A stretch of DNA of 64,000 nt. Origin: Styela clava (Eukaryota). A program made the translations under genes and the position numbers. Numbering within the stretch: the stretch's first letter is position 1; each line of letters starts with the position of its first letter. Positions 37,061-51,600 of this stretch are shown here, piece by piece. The stretch is taken from positions 6,572,001 to 6,636,000 of the forward strand of contig NC_135259.1 in the NCBI RefSeq assembly GCF_964204865.1, written 5' to 3'. The notes under the pieces were generated by a model that saw only the letters and a program-made list of their open reading frames with translations, was not told the DNA's origin and ran no database searches.

Positions 37061-38294
37061 GGATCCGAAGTAGAAAGTAATCAAGGAGAAAGGGCCTGCA
37101 GTTCAATACACAATATCCAAGTTCTTTTTTTTTTCAATGTTACAAGAATGAATTTTAATCTCAGGCAACCTCAACCCTGTGGTTGTCATGAAAAAATGTC
37201 ACAAAAGCTGTATGCAAATATAAAAGAATTTAAACAGGGGTATAAAACATTTGAAAATATACTAACTTATTGATGAGAAAATATAAATGATGTATCCTGC
37301 AAACATCGGAACGTCATATCCGATTCTATCAGTTAGAGGACCCACAGCAACATTTGCGATCGCTTCAGTGAAAGGTTTCGACGCCAGGAGAAATCCAAGA
37401 AAGAGATTTTCCTTTACTAAAATATCTTTACTACGACTCTCTCGACATCCAAGCGTTTTAGTATAGTTTCCAAAATCTGAAAATCAGTAATATCGAATAT
37501 GCTCACTTAATAAAAGCGGGTTATTGATTTGCGTGTTGGAAATTTGAACAAAACTCTGAATATAAGGTTATTAATCTTCCTTTTTTTATTTATCCCCACA
37601 CTGAAATTATAATTCTTAGACACGAAGTGGAGATATGTATTGTTTTGTTAAATTGTTGTTGTTAGTATTCTTGTTATTGTTGCGAAAAATGTGATACTAC
37701 CCCATTTCGGCCTTCTTGGCCATTTATTACCCTCTAGTTTTAAAACAATAAATATTTTTCATGAACTTTTCAAACCGTAATAGTTTAGATTGGAGCTTTA
37801 GATTGGAGCTTATTTTTGGGCACTGAAACCAGTCTTAATCACCATCAACAAACAATGTTAGCTTACGACTTCGGAATAGATCTAAAAGTGAAATACTTCA
37901 CAAATGAAAAGACATTGATCTTCTTCAGAAGCATATGTGGCATAATGAATTAAATTTATGCATAAAAATATTCTTTTGGTGGACAAAATGATAACTAAGA
38001 AAATAAATTTACGTAAATCCTTAGTTAAATCAGTCGTTTAAACTAATGTAAAAATTGGAGATAAATCATACTTAATGAAGTATATCATTACCAATTCTGG
38101 TTTGCGTTGAGTGAGATTCTGTTGGGCGTACATCATCTGGAGAAGTAGTTGAATCAATTTCACCATTCGGCAAATGTACGTCTGTATTTTCATGAAAGAG
38201 GTACTCCGGAAGTATGGGAACTGAATTGAATGATTATAATATAAATAATAAACATTAGATAATTTATGTAAGATTTCTGAATAGTTACACATGA

Positions 38295-38493
38295 CCGTAC
38301 ATTTGAACCCATGTACATTTGAACCCATGCGTATATCCACGGGTTCAATCTATATGCGGGTGCTAAAACCCATGGGTTAGGGTTAGTATGGGTTTAACTA
38401 TCCGTGAAACAAAAAAAATTCCATAGGTGCAATAGCATACAGGTGCAATTGTCATGGGTTCAAATGTACGTGGGTTCAAATGTAATGGAACCG
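38295..38493. mobile_element. Small fold-back MITE with 16-bp internal repeats
   Basis: (TACATTTGAACCCATG)2 at 38298 is inverted against 38453-38484; central GGGTTAGGGTTAG; lies in intron 1 of VMAT copy A. Confidence 0.75.
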
Positions 38494-40204
38494 AATCTTT
38501 CATATCTAGGAAACGTTTACTGATCACGAAAATTTTATTGGAGTTTAAACATAAACCGGAAAAGAATTCCCAAAAAAGATTTATTCCAATCTCTAAAATT
38601 CAACTTTGATTGAGGCCTGTTATTGACTATCGTGTAGTACAGATTGGCCACCTATAACTTAGATGAAAATCTTCTCACCTACACACGTCAACAGTATATA
38701 ATCTATCATCAATGTGGCATGCACTATAAAAACAGCAAGTCGATTGGAATGTCGAAACTTGTCAAATGATTCTTTCATTCTTGTTTTCAGTCCATGATGT
38801 TCCATGTTTTATACTTTCAAAATCTACACTTTTGACAAATAAAACTTGTAACTTTAGACTAGCAAGAATATCAACACAAAAGTTATTTTATAAAGTATAA
38901 GCGATAGTCTATAGATAAGTTCCTCAGACTACCTAAAAAGAAATTGTGGAAACAAATTACTTCGGTATAAATCAATACAGTTGCCGATAGCACCTTTAAT
39001 GCTAAACAGGTACGCCAGTCTTTTTATTTAATTCCTGTGTAATTGGTCTGTAGAGTAGAAGTGTGATAAGTTCCATAATTTGAGCTTCAATTTCATATAA
39101 AATAATTTGCTGTTAAGCCTAATTGACGATAACATATGATGCCGATATATTGTTAAGGAATTGACAAATTTCTATCAGTCCATGACCAAACATAAATATA
39201 TACCCGCGACAACTTACAATGTCTCTGATGAAAAATAATCACTATATCAAAACTGCAGTGATATACCAGCTCAACTCATCGGCCCACGATCTTGTGCTTC
39301 AGTAATTTCGTGGCCGAACGCGCATTTTAACATTATAAATAAATATGAACATATCAAAAGTTCTTCTTCGTAATCTCCTGTTTTGAATTACTTTTAGGAA
39401 TCAGACAATTTTCTCAAAAGACCTGTGTTGATAAAATTAACCAAATTACCTTTGGTTCTACAAAAGATCAAAACTAAATCATCAAAATGTGGTATCGGAC
39501 TAAACCAGCTCAACTATTCAACTTTGGGTTTGATATACACCTGTCATTAGTTACAGAAGCAACCGATGTTGAATGCTATCGCTGAAGGGTTCAAACCCAC
39601 ATTGCTATTAACTATTTCTATCCTTGTCGATACATAGGTTTGTTCCTCTACAGCTAACTTCGTCTAATCGTTTGAACCAATTATGCCGAATGTAATCGAA
39701 ATTTACGGCATCCATTCCGAACTCGATTGTAAAGTATATGTAAAAGTGTCAAGCTTCACTGAATGAATAACACGCTTGAAGATGCTTATTTTTTGTTTTG
39801 TTTAAAATGGGTGAAAATCGTATTATTTTATATGGTTGGATGATCCTCTCAAGTACACCGACTTAAAAACACATGACCTACTGTTCCGAAGCTTTATTGA
39901 TATTACCTTTCGCTCATTCATCTTATTTCTCCTCTAATAATAGATAAATATATAAATATCTTTATTTATATACCACTTTACCTTTCGAGGTGATAACCAG
40001 TACTCTAATATAATGAGGATGCATGTAATTTATTCATAAAATATAAAAATAATTTTAAAAATGATGCTGCAGAGATATTCGTGGAACGCATGGGGTATAT
40101 TCTTATGAATGGAATTCATAATGCAAATAGCGGACTCCACTATTTCCCTTCCAACTCCATCCCAAATTGGTACTTCCTTTTATAATAACGATACTATTAT
40201 AAGT

Positions 40205-40505
40205 CAGTGGTTCGCAAACGGTGGGGCGCTCCCCACAAGGGGACGTAGACACTTTTTCGACGGGACGTGAGTCTAATTGAAAATTTTTTTTAGATTTGAT
40301 CTCGCCCGCCTTACTTTGAACATGTACATTTCTTTATTATTTAGAGATTGAGATTTCATCCACGTGTTTTCAACGTGTAAATTAAACATACTTTCGCCTT
40401 ACTATCTGTTATTTGTAGCTTATTGTTAGCTGGGTTATTTTTCAGATGGGGCGCAAGACAAATTCTAAAAAAAGGGACGCGGCTTAAAAAGTTTGAGAAC
40501 CACTG
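40205..40505. mobile_element. hAT (Buster/Charlie-type) MITE, 301 bp
   Basis: TIRs CAGTGGTTCGCAAAC / GTTTGAGAACCACTG; degenerate TSD ttataagt/ttctaatt. Confidence 0.8.
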
Positions 40506-43500
40506 TTCTAATTATTAATACAAACGAACCCCAAACTTAAACACTATGGTCACACTGTCGCATTTAGAATAACTCACTAAAACTGAAAATTTTCTGCATA
40601 ATGAGTGCTGCTTCTGTTTTTTATTTGAATTTAAAATCACAAATGATGATTCATTAAAACGACATGCTGCACCTTTACATAAACATCACAATAACACAAA
40701 TTACGATGCAGAAGCACTTTCCCTTCCCTCAGGTCGCTCATGTTGTTTTTTTGCAATTTCAAATTGCAAATACCTTGATGACCGATTTGCATGTAACTAA
40801 GATAGAAAACATTTTTGACAGCAGAATTAATACTCAAATACCCTGAATGTTCCTTTTTGAAAAAATGAAATCAAAGATTTTTAATAAATATATCGACATC
40901 CGCAATATTGTTATAATTTCGTTATGAGAAAACACATTATTCATTGTATTCTTCAGCTTTCAGTTGCTCAGGAATAAATGCAATACATCATATTGCCCTT
41001 GTTTGGAATTTCTGGAACTTGATATTTCACTAGAATATACCTGATAAAGCTTATTTATGGACGTCACTGATGCAATACGACGCCATTCTATACTGCAATG
41101 CCGTGCAAACTAGGCAAACAATTTAATATTCAAAATTTAGTTAAATTGAGAAAAATACTGTTTTGAAAATTACACCAGGCTCATTCATTTTGTACTATCC
41201 TCTCGCAAAACTTCTCCGTAGTATAAATCAGACCTAAAACAGCTAGATTGAGAGTTATTTTCGGTTCACTCTTTTGAACTTGTGAAAACTTAAACAACCG
41301 ATGCCACTACGAGTATGGCGTCTACCTCGAATTCATTGACTAAATACAATTTTCTGCTTTCATGCTTTTGAAAATTAATGTCTCCGACATCCAACGTTCA
41401 CAAGCGTAAATTTATTGAGATGTTCATGATATTGAGCAATAATACAGCAATATTGGCTTATAAATTTTAAAAACCTTTAACTGTTGAGATGAGTCATACA
41501 TATGTGATATCGTGCAACGTGAAATGTCAAAAACAAACGACATTGACTACGATATACGAGGAAAGGCTAAAAAGAAACGGGACTGACGTCACAGATTGCG
41601 CAACATGATTTACCACCGGTAATCAGCACTTTTACAGTGTGGCGTAGTATGTGTTCTTTGTTTAACAGCTGTTTTGACACAATATCGCAATTATTTTAGC
41701 CGCACTTCGTACATGAGAATTGGACCTGAAAGGAACGGATTGTTCGGCCTTTTCAATGATCTTGGATAATAAAAGGATGGATAATGATTGAGCAAACTGA
41801 ATTGCAAAACAGGAATTTTCTTTCTTTAAAATATTTTGAAGTTTTCACACCAAACAAAAAAGCTAAGCAAAATGAAGCATTCGATATTGAGTGAACGCTT
41901 CCATACGTTGATGCATGTCTTGTGTCAGCAAGTGTCGCCATTATAGGTAGAAATGTTACGCCAACTATACCTATTATGCCATTATACTATGCCAATTAAA
42001 ATTCCTGGTCCAAATAAATGAAGGAACCTGGAAAACATATTGAAGTATCGCAGAATATTAAATTATTTATCATTGTTAATGACTTTTTTTTACATCTACA
42101 CAGTAAATTTGTATAAAATAGAGAGTGGTTAAAAAAAATTTAATTGGAGGGAATATAAATGATAAATGTTTAAACTGATATTTGAGATACTGTATGTTCA
42201 ATAGCATATCAACTAATTGTGCTAAACTGTGCTACGTTTTGCATTACGGATATAGAACATGAACCCAGCGCTGCCAGAAAGTACGTAACAAAACGAATGA
42301 GCCATCTTTTATTAACACCACCGATCCTTGGGACAATTACAGTCGTTAAAACATACGAAATACTTTGAGGAAGAGCTACGACCACTAAAATGAAAGCAAC
42401 ACTGATGGTACTTGACAATATTTATAATTGGATATAAAGACACAATGTATATTCTGAGTTATCCTTTAATTAGGATCTTATTGTGGGAAAATTTTGCTTG
42501 AACTTTAAAAACTTCATTTTCTAGTTTACATTCCACTTTCTGAGTTGCAGCATTTGCTTTTTGTCATGTGTATTACAAAACTCAAAAGAGTTATATCTAC
42601 TGAAATCACTTCGAACTTTCAGTGTATTAGTTAATATAGAGGATAGATTGGCCCTATCTGCGTGTCCACAGTCTCGTGGTATTGAATTGAACACACGTTA
42701 ACAGAGTGTAACCCCGATCTGAATTCCTGAATTCAATAAGCACACCATGTATGTATAAGTTGCAAAAACAAATCGAATCCAAATAACAGATCTATTGAAA
42801 TCTACACCAAAACCTTTAATACAGTTATACGGTTGAAAGCAAAATCAGTAATTCTCACAAAACATGAAAAATCCTATAATATTTTAACCCTTGGACGAAA
42901 GCCGGAAACATGTTACAAATCGATCGATAACAAAGAAGCATTGCTAAGATTTGTCGCTTGTCGCGATAAATCATAACTAGAAATAGGGCACTGAACTATT
43001 CATTGAATTTACATACGATTATTACAAAGGGGTAAAATGACATTAAAGTCCATAGTTGCAATCCACATTTGCTACAAAAATATACATTGCTACAAATTTA
43101 ATCCGATGGCTTGGCATTATCATTTTTAACCCTTGAGCTTAGATTTCCAAAATTCAAAAAATTAACAAGCCAATTTATTTTCATTTTCCATGCATCCAAA
43201 AACTGCGTCTGGAAAATATGATAGTACAGAAGGATAAGACGGCCACCTCCCACAATTTTACAATATTATTGAAAATCTTGAAGAAATGTTTTGGCAGATA
43301 AATCGATAACAAAATATTAGAAAAGACTTTCCGGTATACTATTCACGAAAGACCGGCTTGAATGGTCAGAGCGTGTGCGAAGCAGAAAAACGCACGAAAT
43401 TTACGACTCCCTTGCAGAATTCTATTGTGAGCTGTTGGCTGGGCCAGTCTCACAGATAGATCATGCTAAATCATAGTGCATAAGAAGGCCCTACAAGCTT

Positions 43501-43817
43501 ACCAGCGAACGCGCGATTCCGAGTTTCTCCATTGAAAATGGAAGTAGACGGTATCATCAAGAAAAACGCTTTCTTACTAAATGCAGTGTTATTTTTCTAC
43601 TCTTCAAAAATAACAAGCGACGAAGAATACATCACAATTGACGAACGTGGCCAAGCATCTCGACGAATTGGCTAAAGCGAATTCTCTCCTCAGCAACGTG
43701 ATCACCAACGGCATTTGCGGAATCCTGCACCGAATGGTGTCGCAAACCGGCGGCTTCAAAAAAAGTGTTTATCTTCTCCCGTATGTCCAGCTTCCCCACC
43801 CTACTATATCTATACTG

Positions 43818-43837
43818 TATATATATATATATATATA
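43818..43837. repeat. (TA)n microsatellite
   Basis: About ten TA units. Confidence 0.9.
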
Positions 43838-45419
43838 GAATTCTCCAATTTTTCCATACTTACAGTTCAATGTTTTCACTGAGAATCATTCCAAGTAAAT
43901 TGCACATGAAGTTTCAAGTATCCGTTTGCTCATATGAATATTGTGTTGGACAGTTTTTAGGGTTTCAGTGAGTGAGACAAACATTTCCCTAATAAATCAC
44001 ATACCATGAAATATTAGACCACGACCCAGAAATTAAAAAGGACTCGCAGTATGATGGGTATGGCCGTAAAAAGGTGACTTCATTCGAAAATATTGCGAAT
44101 CAGCGAAAGACCATTTGTTCACACAAACACACATCCCCCGCTCAGTCTTCTCGTGCAAACGTCACATTCCTTTCAAATTTTAGAATATTCAGTATATATT
44201 ATATGCGCGAAAAGAAACATCGCCAAGAAAAAAGAACAAGAAAAAGAAACATTTCTCAAAATTTTTATCAAATATGTCAGCTAAAATAGAACATATTTCG
44301 GAGTTAATACGGTAACATATTTTGCTATAAAGCTATGCATCTTAAAACTTGTCGCAAGCGTGAAATATGACTTCATTTTATACCTAGTTGTGGACTTAGA
44401 AGTCGAGTTTGAGTTCACAATTTGGGTACTTCAAACTGTGTTTCTCTAACTCGGGCTTACACTCAATAACCTTTCTATTATCTTTGATCTGCAGCTGACG
44501 AGGGAATAACTGAAGAGTACCTATCAAAAAATATGCACAAGCCAAAACAATAAATGAAGTCGATTTTCCAGCAAATTCATACGTTATGCTGCCAAAGCTT
44601 GGACCAACTAAAAAATAAACAAAGCGATTTTTAGGTTCGCGTTGTAAGATATTCTGAAATATTCTGAAATATGATAGTTGAGCAATTTGACAATACGAAC
44701 ATAAGCAATAACTAATATAGCCTTACCCAAGATACCCATAGCCAATCCACCCAAAGCAGTTCCAAGATTTTTTCCTCTTTCTTCCTCATCTGGAAATTTA
44801 CTTGCAAGCAACGCCAGTCCTGCCGTTGAAGTACATGCAAACCCAACGCCTTGTAATGCAGGAGCAAAGAACAAAACACATTACGTATTTCCAAATGCAA
44901 AAGCTAATAAAAATGGTTGAGTAATTTAATCTACCTGATATATTCATCTCAGATACGTTAATAATTGTTTGTATGCCAATAATGTTTATTGAAATACCGG
45001 AAGGACATTCGCATATTGTGGGAGTTGTGTTGGTTCAGAACTGAACACTGGTGAAATATGTTCATGGAGTAACAATGCTTTCCGCAATTAACTACAATAC
45101 ATAAAATATGAAGGAACTCTCAATTCTAAAATTTTATTTATATACACTTATACTTTTTTAATATAACTTGATTGGACATCTATTGAACTGAATTGGGACC
45201 TTTGCAACGGAAGAGACTAGGTATTCTTTCTCACGCAATACCATTAAACAAACAACTGTACTGCATAATAAATTATTAAAACAAAATTTAATGACGATTC
45301 GACTTACCCCAGCACTTGCAATCTTCTTGCACCCCAGCACTTGCAATCTTCATGCAATCTTATTCGAACTCTTGGCAAACATTTATAACTATGATTACGC
45401 CGTGTTATCGGCATAATAT

Positions 45420-45835
45420 CCCTACCGGGATATATTTAAAATCTGTTTAAATAACTATCAATTCCATAACGCTGAGATATCAGTTCGGTATCCTGTCATC
45501 GCACTGTACATTCCTGCTGCCGTTCCCATAGTTACTCGCACATATGTGCTTGGAGTCGTTTTTCGTTTTACTTTTCTGTGTTTCGAGCGTCTCTTGGATT
45601 CAGGTCGTCTCGATTTTTCACTTCTTTATATTCTTTTATTCATTGTTTGATTTTTTTCATTGTTTTATGATTCATTTATTAGACTTTAGCTCAGGTGTCG
45701 CCGCTCGATAACCAATTTTGGTTTTGGCGACTCCTTTCACCTCGAATTATCCGTTTTTGCTTCCTTTTACATTCTGTATGCATTTAGTGTATTTCATGTG
45801 TGGTGAAAAATAAACTACTGATTACTACTGATTAG
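45420..45835 (+). mobile_element. Possible 3' end of a CR1/L2-type LINE or SINE
   Basis: T-rich tract, stem-loop GTCGCC...GGCGAC, then AATAAA and a tandem (ACTACTGATT)2 tail. Confidence 0.4.
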
Positions 45836-47220
45836 GGATTACTGAAGAACTTTTTGAAAACAAAACACGAGTTTTTACACTGTTTTACCTACACAAGTGA
45901 CAAGTGTATTATCCACTACCAATGTTGCGTACACAATGAAGACGGCAAGTCCATTGGAGTTTCGAAATCTGTCATTAATTAATTAAGAAAACAACGAGCT
46001 AGAAAAATATGAAATCACAAAGTATTTGACATTTATCGAAATCCCTGCATCAAACCCCCCTCCCCCCCCCAAAAAAAAATATATATTAGAAAAGTATTGC
46101 TCTAGACTAGCTCATTCATTTCCAGAAACGTTCTGTGTCTCGTGATCCCACTTAAACTGGAGTTCATAATCTACGAAAATGAACACCTAAGTGGTGTCAG
46201 TTTCTGGTTACAGCGGATGTATGTATGCTCATCCATAAGCATAAGAATTAACGTAATTGAATCTTAATCTGTGCTTGAATACCGTCTTAATCCCCAATGG
46301 TTCTCCCGCCATATACGCAAGCATTTCGCAGCAATACCTCATGTGACTCTTCAAAATATGCACCGAGAAGCAATAAATTTATATTCGTTCTCAGAACAGC
46401 GCTTTAGTTGATTTCAAATTAGTACTAATGTTTATTCGTCTAAAACCTAAAGTTCTTGTGTATTTGTTTGTATTAGTTACTTTTTGATCTTTCGTGATGA
46501 ATAATTACGGGAGAATTACGGCTCAACGACGACTGTTTTTGCCAAAAGAAAGTTCTATTGTATTGGAACGGCGAGACAAAACCGGTTACTTGGCTGCTAA
46601 TCTGAAAAGAATTTGGAAAGCTAAGACTTTGAAAGAGAGTGACAACTTTCACTTTAGAAGCACGCTCATTCACACATGAATGTTGCTGATTTAGTATACT
46701 TTTCAATCCTCTTTATATCTTTTCGCTTTTTATTGATATTTTTACCATTCCCTTCTACAAATAAATTAGTTATAGGTTATAGACAAAATTGAAGTATACT
46801 ACCATACTGAACTACCAAAATGCACATGCATATTCACAAATAAGCCATAATTAAATCTAATTTATGAAAACCTGAACTTTACATTATCAACATCTAACGC
46901 AATATTTTACATGATCTACAAGAAAGCATATTTATAACTTTATCAAACATTTTTTCTCAGAAATTTAAACGTAGTAAGCACTCCCAACGGTTTCCCTTTC
47001 ATTCGGGATAATATTTTCTACAGTTTGAGCAGTATTTCTTTGAACTCCCTTCAACCAATACTGAATCCTATTACTCTGGTAACTTTGAACTATGAACCGA
47101 AGACATGGAATTCTTAACTGGAGCAGAAAACAGAATCTAATACAATTCCTGGGAAACCATCTGTCTTGCACCAAATACGAAATTTGTGCATCGATAATTT
47201 ATGAAATAATGTTATATAGA

Positions 47221-47550
47221 AACAAGAGAGCTATACTCAAATATATGGCCCCGAAGACCAAAACGAAACAGTACGGGTATGTAATCTGTCACAGTAGACT
47301 AACGGTATCGCAGTCTTCATAACTCCGCCTGACCACCAATATTGATGACGTCATCGCAAGAAAAAATAACGAATCCAATAGACCCCACAGAAATCTTGGA
47401 AATGATTAAAAGTAATAGCCTCCTATCTAAAAATACATTTTTAACCGCCTAAATTTCAAAGCAATTGGTCCAGGAGTTGATAAAAAAAAGCCAAAAATGA
47501 AAAAAGAATTCTAGTAACAACATAATAACAGAACAATCCATATGTACACT
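47221..47550. mobile_element. Possible Helentron-associated (HINE-like) non-autonomous element
   Basis: AACAAG start, short subterminal inverted match ATATGG/CCATAT, AAATTTCAAAGCAATTGG core. Pattern recognition only. Confidence 0.35.
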
Positions 47551-48601
47551 TTGCCCAATACCACGAAATGACAGTATATATAGTTCTAAGCGTCAATGGG
47601 AACAAGATAATATAACGATGGGCGATGACTCCTGAAACCGGTCTAGAATACAAAAAAAAATTAGCGACGACAAATTCCCTTGCCTAATATGAGATGCTGT
47701 CATCAAGATTCTTGAAATTAGGGTCGAATTGTGCGAATTTTTCAGACAGTTTTGAAGCATGTCTGTTTACGTTGAACTCATTAAAAGCTGAATGCAATTA
47801 TATGCAATAATATATGCAATGCAATAAGAACGTTTTTTGCTTAAATATATCATGTGTGTCTGAATTATTTTTTATGCTACATGTTTGTCTGCATACAGGC
47901 ATATATATCTTGTCTGAATGGTAGGTGCAACATGCTAAGATCTAGCAGTACGCATATCATCTCATTGTTAATTAGCCTGCGACCTCGCTTTACACTGATT
48001 TGAATATTGAAGTAACGATTATAATGCATAAATAGTTTTTATATGATGTGCTTTGCAAAACAAAAATGACAAAAGTATGAGATTCACGAAAACAAACAAG
48101 GATCATCAGAAAGGGTAACTAAAAAGAGCGAGCATGCACTACATATGCAATAATCCTAGAGTAAAACTTGAATCTGATCCAAAACTCCTAATCAACATAC
48201 GGAATATCCATTTATTAATTCCTCTTATTCATTCGAGCAAATGCATACATATTAATAACAATATAATGCAAAGAATAGTATCAAACTTTTCCGCCTTCGC
48301 GTGTTATAAATAGAATTATAGCACTGGTAAAATAATCAATCACCAACACATAGAAGGAGAACACTTGTGATTGTGAAATAACTGAGTCTAGTATTATAAC
48401 GAGCTCGTACCGATATAATTAGATCAGCTGTCGCAAAAAAAAAAGATTGAAATCAAATTTTACCAGCTAACATATTAGAAATTCTATTTGATGCTGCATA
48501 ATTGGATATTTATTTGAAATACTTCATTTTAAGCTTCTTAACTCGATTTTATCAATTTTCAGATTTTCAATTTTCAGATTTTTTTTTCATTTCAAAAATT
48601 C

Positions 48602-51600
48602 TTATTTTTCCATATCCATAACTCTTCCAACTGAAGATAGTTGGGGGTCGTATGAAACAGTATCATCTCCATTTTCACTGTTTATTATAGCCTGCAAAAA
48701 TATTTAATATATTTATATTTAATATATTTAATATTTATTAGTATTTTGGTATTTGGAAATAAATAATTTCAAGATTGGTTGCTGTTGCTGTAATTGAACC
48801 ATTTCAAATCATGCTGTTTCAATATCGATAACGTCAAATTTCTTGCAGCAAATATAATAACAAGAAATATTAGAATTTTAAATTATCATAACAAAAATTA
48901 CAAATCCTGTTGATAGTAGTGAATCGATGTTAAATTCAAACAATACAAAGAAAAAACCATTTTACTGTAACTTACCTGTTTCTCATCATCAAGTGAAGGT
49001 GGATTTCGCAGAAAAATGACGAAAGGTGCAAATATGACATTCAGTATAGCGACCAAATACATTAGCCAAGCAAAACCAATGAACCGAATTACTGAACCAG
49101 CTAGTAGAGGACCTGAAATAAGTATATTTTGTTGTATACCATAGTGATAGGTCCAATGAAACTGGTGAAAGGAAAATTGGGGTACAGTATAAATTTTATT
49201 ATAATATATTGTCGTTCTGAAAAAGTAAAATTCGATTTAGCAGTAACCAATTGGTAATAGACGGCTTTTAATATCATTTTGTGTACAAATAAATCTATTT
49301 TTTATAATCAAATGAGTTCCACACACACTGTAATTTTATTACCTATTATAAATGCAAAACAAAAAGAAGCGTCTGCAATTGCGTAAACGCTTCCGTAAAT
49401 AGACGCGTGTCTGATATCTGCCAAATTTCCCATTATAGGAAGTATAGTTGCATCAACCATTCCCACAGCAATTCCGAGTAATATGCCGGGCCCGAATAAT
49501 TGAAAAAATCTGCAAAATGAACGGTGTTTTCTATAACAGCAAATTTCGTAAGAATTACATAGTTAATCAATGAATCGGAAGATATACTGGAGTCCTTCGA
49601 GATATACAGTAGCCAAAACCAAAAGGTGAAAACTCACACCAAAAATAAAAACATTTTTCGAGCTACCAGATGTTAAGTAGATCCGGAAGAACGTCCTGCA
49701 GTATTTATGTTGATTTCAAACGAAAGATTCGTAAAATTGAAGGTGCTGTATGTCTAATAAAGGTTGTGTGGTACTATCGCACCACACAACCTTTATTAGA
49801 CATACAGCGCCTTCAATTTTACGTTAGCTTCGCTAACCAATAAAATTTATTAGTGCGGCATTGATCATAAGATCTTTTTACTCGAACTGAATAGTGGTTT
49901 TATATATGTGTTTTGACTTTGGAGATGTTAAGTTGATATAAAAAATAAGATTGACTCGTATGAATATCCATAAAATACACCAGATAAATGTTTGTATTCT
50001 GGTTATGTTTTTGTAAATGAGCAAGATTTTTATATCCTCTTTTTACTTTGCTAATTTGTTAACTATAGATTCTGGGGTATGATAATGCAACGGTACAGCA
50101 CATGCCATCGTAACGAGTGGATAGAGTTTTGAAGTTACATCTCTTTTTCTAACCCTATAACGATAATCGTATCTACAGTAACATATCAAGAAATATGACG
50201 ATTTTGTCGTCCTAACTGTATTTGCGATTAACGAACAATCTATTGTAAAAACGTCAAACTATTCGGTACTTACGTTTTCGATTGCGGAAAAGTCACACAC
50301 CCAACGGCTGCGACGAAATAAGAAATAAGACAAATAATCCATCTATGTCTAACACTACCTATTCTTGGTGTAACGACTGTCATTATCAGGTATGAAATGC
50401 TCACAGGAAGAGTGGCAACTCCTGAAATGAAAACATTTTGGGGTTTTAAATATTCTGTATCCGATAAAATAATTATTCTGATTATTCTGGCATATAGTAA
50501 AATCAATAATTCAGAAAAAAATTGATTTATCGAGTTCGACACTGTCATGCTAAATTTTGGAACTTAAATACTGGTTTCAAGTTCTAATATTCAAGCCAAA
50601 AACTAAAATTCCGGTGAGTAGTTTTGTACTATTTTCAAATTTTCAGATCTGTTTGATGACCAACCATGTGCAAGTTTACAGACCAATAATGTTCCATGAT
50701 TGGATGTGTCGTTCGCCAAATTTCTATTTGTCATTCAAATGATAATGCCTTATTAGTTTGCTTAAAGCTGCTCTGACACCTAGTGTTTTTACCGAGCATC
50801 CACTTCTCAGCGCACATAGTCGTCATCATCCAGATTGGAAGACCCGTTTCCATGCAACCAATTCCTAAATTTCCCAACATCAGGGCCGATGCTCCCAGTA
50901 AAATGAACGGGTCTTTAAGCATTTTAAATATAGAAAACGACAACGGGCCTTGCTGAAATATAAACAAACGTATTGAGAAAATGTAGTATCATGTGCTCTT
51001 ATAAAATATATGCACTTTTGAAATGTAAGCTATTTGTAAGCTAACGAAAGTAGGGTTGGACAAGATTCTGTAGAGTTTAATTCCAACATTTGTATACTTT
51101 AGTTGAATACAGCGTTAAATCTTATTGTAAAAATTTTCCGAAATAATTTTGAAAAAAGTGTTTAAATCAAAGCACAGCTTGAAAAAGGGCAAATTAGTCT
51201 TTAGTTGTTCAGCATGTTCATCTCCAGAAAGATACTACATCCAATTACATTAACCGAATTCTTATTTCTGAGCATCTTTCTGGTATTGAATGATAATTTC
51301 AACAAAACACATATCGTGTTGATTTCCTATTGTTTGCTTCGTACAATTCGTAATAGCGATAAAACATTCAAAACGAAAAAAAAAATCAATACATCAAACA
51401 CCGAGGCAAATATATCTAGTAATAATGTCGCGGTGCTCCTGAAGTATGCGCACCAAGATGTCGCAATAGAATTAAATTTTTTTTATGAACGTCAATTGTA
51501 GATTCAATTTTCAAGCATTTTTTAGAAAGCATAAAATTACATAAACCGCACAACAGACGTAATTTCTGGACTTCATAACAAACAAGACTGGGAAATTTAA

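Larger units (their letters stand above)
32047..38805 (-). pseudogene. VMAT-like (SLC18A1/2) copy A: ten complete exons, one 1-nt frameshift in exon 8 (recent pseudogene or assembly error)
   Basis: Exons 38679-38805, 38092-38220, 37267-37476, 35441-35617, 35166-35302, 34236-34395, 33812-33959, 33053-33218 (166 nt versus 167 in copy C), 32794-32930, 32047-32118. VMAT motifs [51 protein letters not shown]. Confidence 0.85.
41700..45975 (-). pseudogene. VMAT-like copy B, decayed
   Basis: Recognisable exons: 1 (45889-~45975, no in-frame ATG), 4 (44727-44903, in-frame TAA at 44881-44883, ARALQG to APALQG), 5 (44471-44607), 7 (~42236-42384, frameshifted), 8 (~41850-42027, insertion and frameshift), start of 9 (~41725). 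Exons 3 and 6 not found. Confidence 0.88.

Noticed and set aside
38372-38385. GGGTTAGGGTTAG as an interstitial telomere
   Set aside because: Only about two units, located at the centre of a fold-back MITE.
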